From the human T2T-CHM13v2.0 reference genome, Homo sapiens, in assembly GCF_009914755.1 (NCBI RefSeq), contig NC_060943.1: a stretch of DNA of 64,000 bases. One strand, 5' to 3'. The notes beneath the pieces are model-generated. The model searched no databases. It had not been told where the DNA came from and saw only the letters and a program-made list of their open reading frames with translations. Every line of letters starts with the position of its first letter. Position 1 is the stretch's first letter. Both the position numbers and the translations under genes were made by a program. Of this stretch, positions 59,784-64,000 are shown piece after piece.

Positions 59784-59891
59784 CCGGGACCCCTTCTTGC
59801 CTGCAGGGCCAACGGGGCCTTCGCTGCCACTTTGGCCAGGAAGTCCAATGCCTCCTGCTGGGCCCAAAGGACCGCGCTCACCAGGGGAGCC
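59784..59891 (-). CDS. COL5A3: COL5A3 exon 42: [36 protein letters not shown]
   Basis: 108 nt Gly-X-Y, AG/GT. Confidence 0.95.
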
Positions 59892-60118
59892 CTGAGAACA
59901 GGGGTGATGAATCAGGTATAATACCAGTAGTAGCTGTCCTTTATGGAGGGTTTTTAAGCCACCAGGCACTGAGTTCTGAGGTTACCAGGATTGTATCTAA
60001 CCTGTTCCCCTCCTGCAGCAGCCAGAGGGTGCCTGTGAGCACCTGAGGGGCAGGGCATATTCTTCTCCTGCTCAAGAACACTCCATGGCTCCCATCTCAC
60101 TTAGAACAAAAGCCATAG

Positions 60119-60388
<270 letters not shown>

Positions 60389-60767
60389 TGAGATAAGGCT
60401 TCCCATCATGGCTATTTTACAGACAAGGAAACTGAGGCTTGCCAAGGAATACAACGGCCCAGCCAGTGAGCAACAGAACTGACCTTGGCTCATTGCAACC
60501 TCCACCTCCCAGGTTCAAGCGATTCTCCTGCCTCAGCCTCTAGAGTAGCTGGGATTACAGGCATCTGCCTCCATGCCTGGCTAATTTTTGTATTTTTAGT
60601 AGAGACGGGGTTCCACCATGTTGGCCAGGCTGATCTTGAACTCCTGACCTCAAGTGATCTGCCTGCCTCAGCCTCCATCATGGGTTTTATCATGACAATG
60701 TCAAGCTTCCAAGACACCTTGAGTCCCCTCCACCCTGCCCCCACCCAGCACATGGGGTTATACTTAC

Positions 60768-60821
60768 ATTGGCCCCCACGGGCCCTGGGGGGCCCTTATC
60801 ACCCTTTAAGCCAGTAGGTCC
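60768..60821 (-). CDS. COL5A3: COL5A3 exon 41: [18 protein letters not shown]
   Basis: 54 nt Gly-X-Y, AG/GT. Confidence 0.95.
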
Positions 60822-61084
60822 CTGAAGGAGGAGATAATTCACAGTTAAGAGACTCCCAAAGGTGTCCCCAGGTCCTGTCTTCCTCTGTGGGGAGCTCACA
60901 GTCCCCACCTCTCTCCTGGGACTGGACACTGAGCTTTGAGGGGTCTGCCTTCCCCAGTTCCCTCCACCATTTTTTTTGCTTTCATCATTTCCCGCACCCC
61001 AAATGCTATTCCCCATCCCTCCCCTGACCCCCCCATCCTTTCCTTCTCTAAGGGACATGCAGGAGGGTCTCCAAAGATACTCAC

Positions 61085-61174
61085 CGGGTCCCCAGGGCCC
61101 CCTTTGGGGCCGGGAAAGCCCCTGAGTCCAGCTGGCCCTTCTTTCCCAAGGGGTCCTGGTGGTCCCAGTTCCCC
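61085..61174 (-). CDS. COL5A3: COL5A3 exon 40: GELGPPGPLGKEGPAGLRGFPGPKGGPGDP
   Basis: 90 nt Gly-X-Y, AG/GT. Confidence 0.95.
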
Positions 61175-61325
61175 CTACAGGAGTGCAAAGGAGGGAAGTC
61201 AAGCTCCAGGGAGGGGATGTCTCCCTCCAATCTGTGACTCAGGGCCCCCTCCCCCATGAGACTGATTCTGAGTCCTTGGTTGATCTTGGATGTTCAACCA
61301 AGATCTCCAGTGGACAGTGTCTCAC

Positions 61326-61433
61326 CTTGGCCCCCTCTCTGCCTTCCAGGCCAGGAAGACCTTGTTCACCAGGAGGTCCAGGGGGGCCTGGAGGCCCCCT
61401 TTCACCTAGAGGTCCCACTTCTCCTGTCTTTCC
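61326..61433 (-). CDS. COL5A3: COL5A3 exon 39: [36 protein letters not shown]
   Basis: 108 nt Gly-X-Y, AG/GT. Confidence 0.95.
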
Positions 61434-61557
61434 CTGGTGAGGAAGAAGGCTCCTGTTGAGTGGGGGTGGCCTAGGGGAGTCGCTCAGGAGTCCAGCTTTC
61501 CCCTAAATATCCCCCAACTGGTACAAAACAAGGGAGGTTTATGGAGTCCACTCTGAC

Positions 61558-61611
61558 CTGAGGGCCTAAGACACCAGCTGGTCCAGGCGGGCCTGTCTGA
61601 CCTTGGAAGCC
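61558..61611 (-). CDS. COL5A3: COL5A3 exon 38: [18 protein letters not shown]
   Basis: 54 nt Gly-X-Y, TAG acceptor, GTCAGA donor. Confidence 0.93.
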
Positions 61612-61702
61612 CTAGAGAGAAAAATTAAATGTGGGGGCGGTGTTACATGGGGAAGGGATGGAGGAGCAGGAGACAGGGAAGGCCTGATAGGATCAGGAAT
61701 CT

Positions 61703-62002
<300 letters not shown>

Positions 62003-62032
62003 TCAGGAATCAAAGGTTGAGGGGTTACTCAC

Positions 62033-62086
62033 CAGTTCTCCTCTCTGTCCAGGGTGCCCTGGTCGCCCATCTTTACCTTGGTGACC
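62033..62086 (-). CDS. COL5A3: COL5A3 exon 37: GHQGKDGRPGHPGQRGEL
   Basis: 54 nt Gly-X-Y, AG/GT. Confidence 0.95.
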
Positions 62087-62187
62087 CTGGGGGATGAGGT
62101 GGGAAAAAGTTGGGGCACAGATACAGGGCTTCCTCCCTTCCCACATCCTCCACCCACCCAACCCCCGATGAGGGTGACCTCACTCAC

Positions 62188-62241
62188 AGGGGGGCCCTTT
62201 GGCCCAGGGAATCCTGGAGGGCCTTGCAGACCAGGGAGGCC
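62188..62241 (-). CDS. COL5A3: COL5A3 exon 36: GLPGLQGPPGFPGPKGPP
   Basis: 54 nt Gly-X-Y, AG/GT. Confidence 0.95.
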
Positions 62242-62309
62242 CTGAAATGGAAACAGAAATCATGATCTCATCCCCCCTGCCTCCCTGCCCACTCCCTGAG
62301 CCCCACATA

Positions 62310-62550
62310 ATGACAACAGGATCGAGCACATATTGAGTGCTTACTGCATGCCAGGCATGGGCAGGGCATTCTCCACAAGTCAGTCATTTTATTCACCACT
62401 GTAGCCCTTTGGGTTGGAGACTGAGGTTACTCCCATTTTACAGAGGAGAAAACTAAGGCACAGAGTGGTTAAGTGACTTGCCCAAGGTCACACAGTAGGT
62501 GAGTGGCAGAGCCAGGACTTGAACTCATGGCTCTCTGACTTCACAGGCTG
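62310..62550 (-). mobile_element. MIR
   Basis: CCCATTTTACAGAGGAGAAAACTAAGGCACAGAGTGGTTAAGTGACTTGCCCAAGGTCACACAG. Confidence 0.85.
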
Positions 62551-62841
62551 TGCTCCTTCTTTTTTTCTTTTCTTAAAGATGGAGTCTTGCTCTGTCACCC
62601 AAGCTGGAGTGCAGTGGTGTGATTAGCTCACTTCAGCTTCCAACTCCTGGGCTCAAGCAATTCTCTCATCTCAGCTTCCAGCATAGGTGGGACTACAGGC
62701 GTGCACCACCACACCCAATTAAGCTGTGCTCTTACCACTGCATTATAATGTCTCTTCATCTCTTGGGTTTGTCCTCCACTCAGAATCTCTCTCTCTCACA
62801 CACACACACATTCACACACACACACACACACACACACTCAC

Positions 62842-62886
62842 CTTTTCTCCAGGGATCCCAGGGGCTCCATCCTGGCCCACATCGCC
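62842..62886 (-). CDS. COL5A3: COL5A3 exon 35: GDVGQDGAPGIPGEK
   Basis: 45 nt Gly-X-Y, AG/GT. Confidence 0.95.
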
Positions 62887-62999
62887 CTAGGACAGAGTGA
62901 ATGAGACTCAGGCCCCAGAACAAACTCAACTGGGAAGAATTTGGAGGGACTGGCTGAGCCTGGGGCATGGGGGGCCTTGATTGCCCACCCATCCCATAC

Positions 63000-63053
63000 C
63001 TTGGGGCCTGGTTGCCCTGTGGCACCCGGTTGCCCCCTCTCTCCACGGGAACC
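63000..63053 (-). CDS. COL5A3: COL5A3 exon 34: GSRGERGQPGATGQPGPK
   Basis: 54 nt Gly-X-Y, AG/GT. Confidence 0.95.
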
Positions 63054-63281
63054 CTGAACAAAAAAAAAAGGCAAAGATCAGATATGAGGGGGTGGGGGAG
63101 CCTGGGAGATGAGACCAAGTCTTCCAGGTCCCCTCCCCTTGTGACTCCCTCTCCTGCCCGACCAGGGACATTGATATAACCCAAACCCTTTCCCTGCCCA
63201 CAGATGACCTCTCCACTACCTTTCCTTCCCAGCCCTGTCCCCAAGTCCCAGCAGGGTAGGGGGCACTGTCTATTTTCTTAC

Positions 63282-63326
63282 TGGTGGTCCCCGCTCTCCT
63301 TCCAGGCCTGGCTGCCCTGTCTTTCC
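63282..63326 (-). CDS. COL5A3: COL5A3 exon 33: GKTGQPGLEGERGPP (gene continues beyond window end)
   Basis: 45 nt Gly-X-Y, AG/GT. Confidence 0.94.
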
Positions 63327-63379
63327 CTGAAAATGAATTGTAAGAGAGAAAGCAGAAGAGAGTTAGGGTGCAAAGGTAT

Positions 63380-63990
63380 GACGCAAACACAAAAAGACAC
63401 CCAGTCACAGACCCAGAAAGCTGTCTGCCACATATTTATTCACAAGCTTTTCAGTCATACACATACACACAAATACAACTTATACTCAAAACCACACAAA
63501 GATCTCAAACACACAATTACAACTATGATTGCATCTACAGAGTACAAACGTGCAAGCATGTTTGCCCACAAGACATATATTGATCACAGCTGTGCAGTAT
63601 GCATACATGATTGCATGTAATCATGGCATGCATTTGGCAATCCACAGCCTGAAGATGACACAGAACTCATCATGCAATACATCTCTTGCACACATGTATA
63701 CCCACTGTAAACACATGAAGGCCTGGATTCAGCTGAGGACTTTGTCTTGGTAAGCACAGCAGTATACATACACTCATGTACGTACATACAATGTTCATTA
63801 ACACTGTTACAATACACACATAGCAACACAAATACAATACATGCATGTATACCCATCACTCAGTGTGCACAGAAACACACACATGTGTATACACATGTCC
63901 TTTCACGCATATGTACAAGCTTCTTGCACACATTTATGCCCACCATCATGCAAAGTGCACGCAGATTCATGCCCTTGTTCACCCAGGCAC
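63380..63990. repeat. Degenerate CA/TA-rich low-complexity tract
   Basis: Seen directly. Confidence 0.7.
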
Positions 63991-64000
63991 AGGCCTGCAG

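Overview
Human/primate genomic DNA, extremely Alu-rich, recognisable from its coding sequence as the COL5A3-OLFM2 locus (human 19p13.2, from recall, not a search). Both genes lie on the minus strand in tandem. 41.7-64.0 kb holds the 3' half of COL5A3 (pro-alpha3(V) collagen): 35 GT-AG exons resolved to the base (30 Gly-X-Y exons of 36/45/54/90/108 nt, a junction exon with a furin site, four further C-propeptide exons, 3'UTR and AATAAA). About 23 kb downstream is the CpG-island promoter and signal-peptide exon 1 of OLFM2 (18476-18538); 1-18475 is OLFM2 intron 1. The rest is Alu, L1, L2, MIR, LTR and DNA-transposon relics plus several intronic minisatellites. Nearly all ORF-track entries are repeat or antisense artefacts, and I see no new gene or foreign system. 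The best leads are regulatory or splicing hypotheses: a 414-nt AG-exclusion zone with a candidate distant branch point, an in-frame COL5A3-to-OLFM2 read-through possibility, a bipartite CTCF/GC-box island bracketed by a 22-bp exact direct repeat, a triple DR1 cluster, a homeobox-motif enhancer candidate, a (GGAA)14 element, an in-frame retainable last intron, and nested retrotransposon hotspots. Exon numbers assume the 67-exon COL5A3 model. Repeat family names and boundaries are by eye and approximate.
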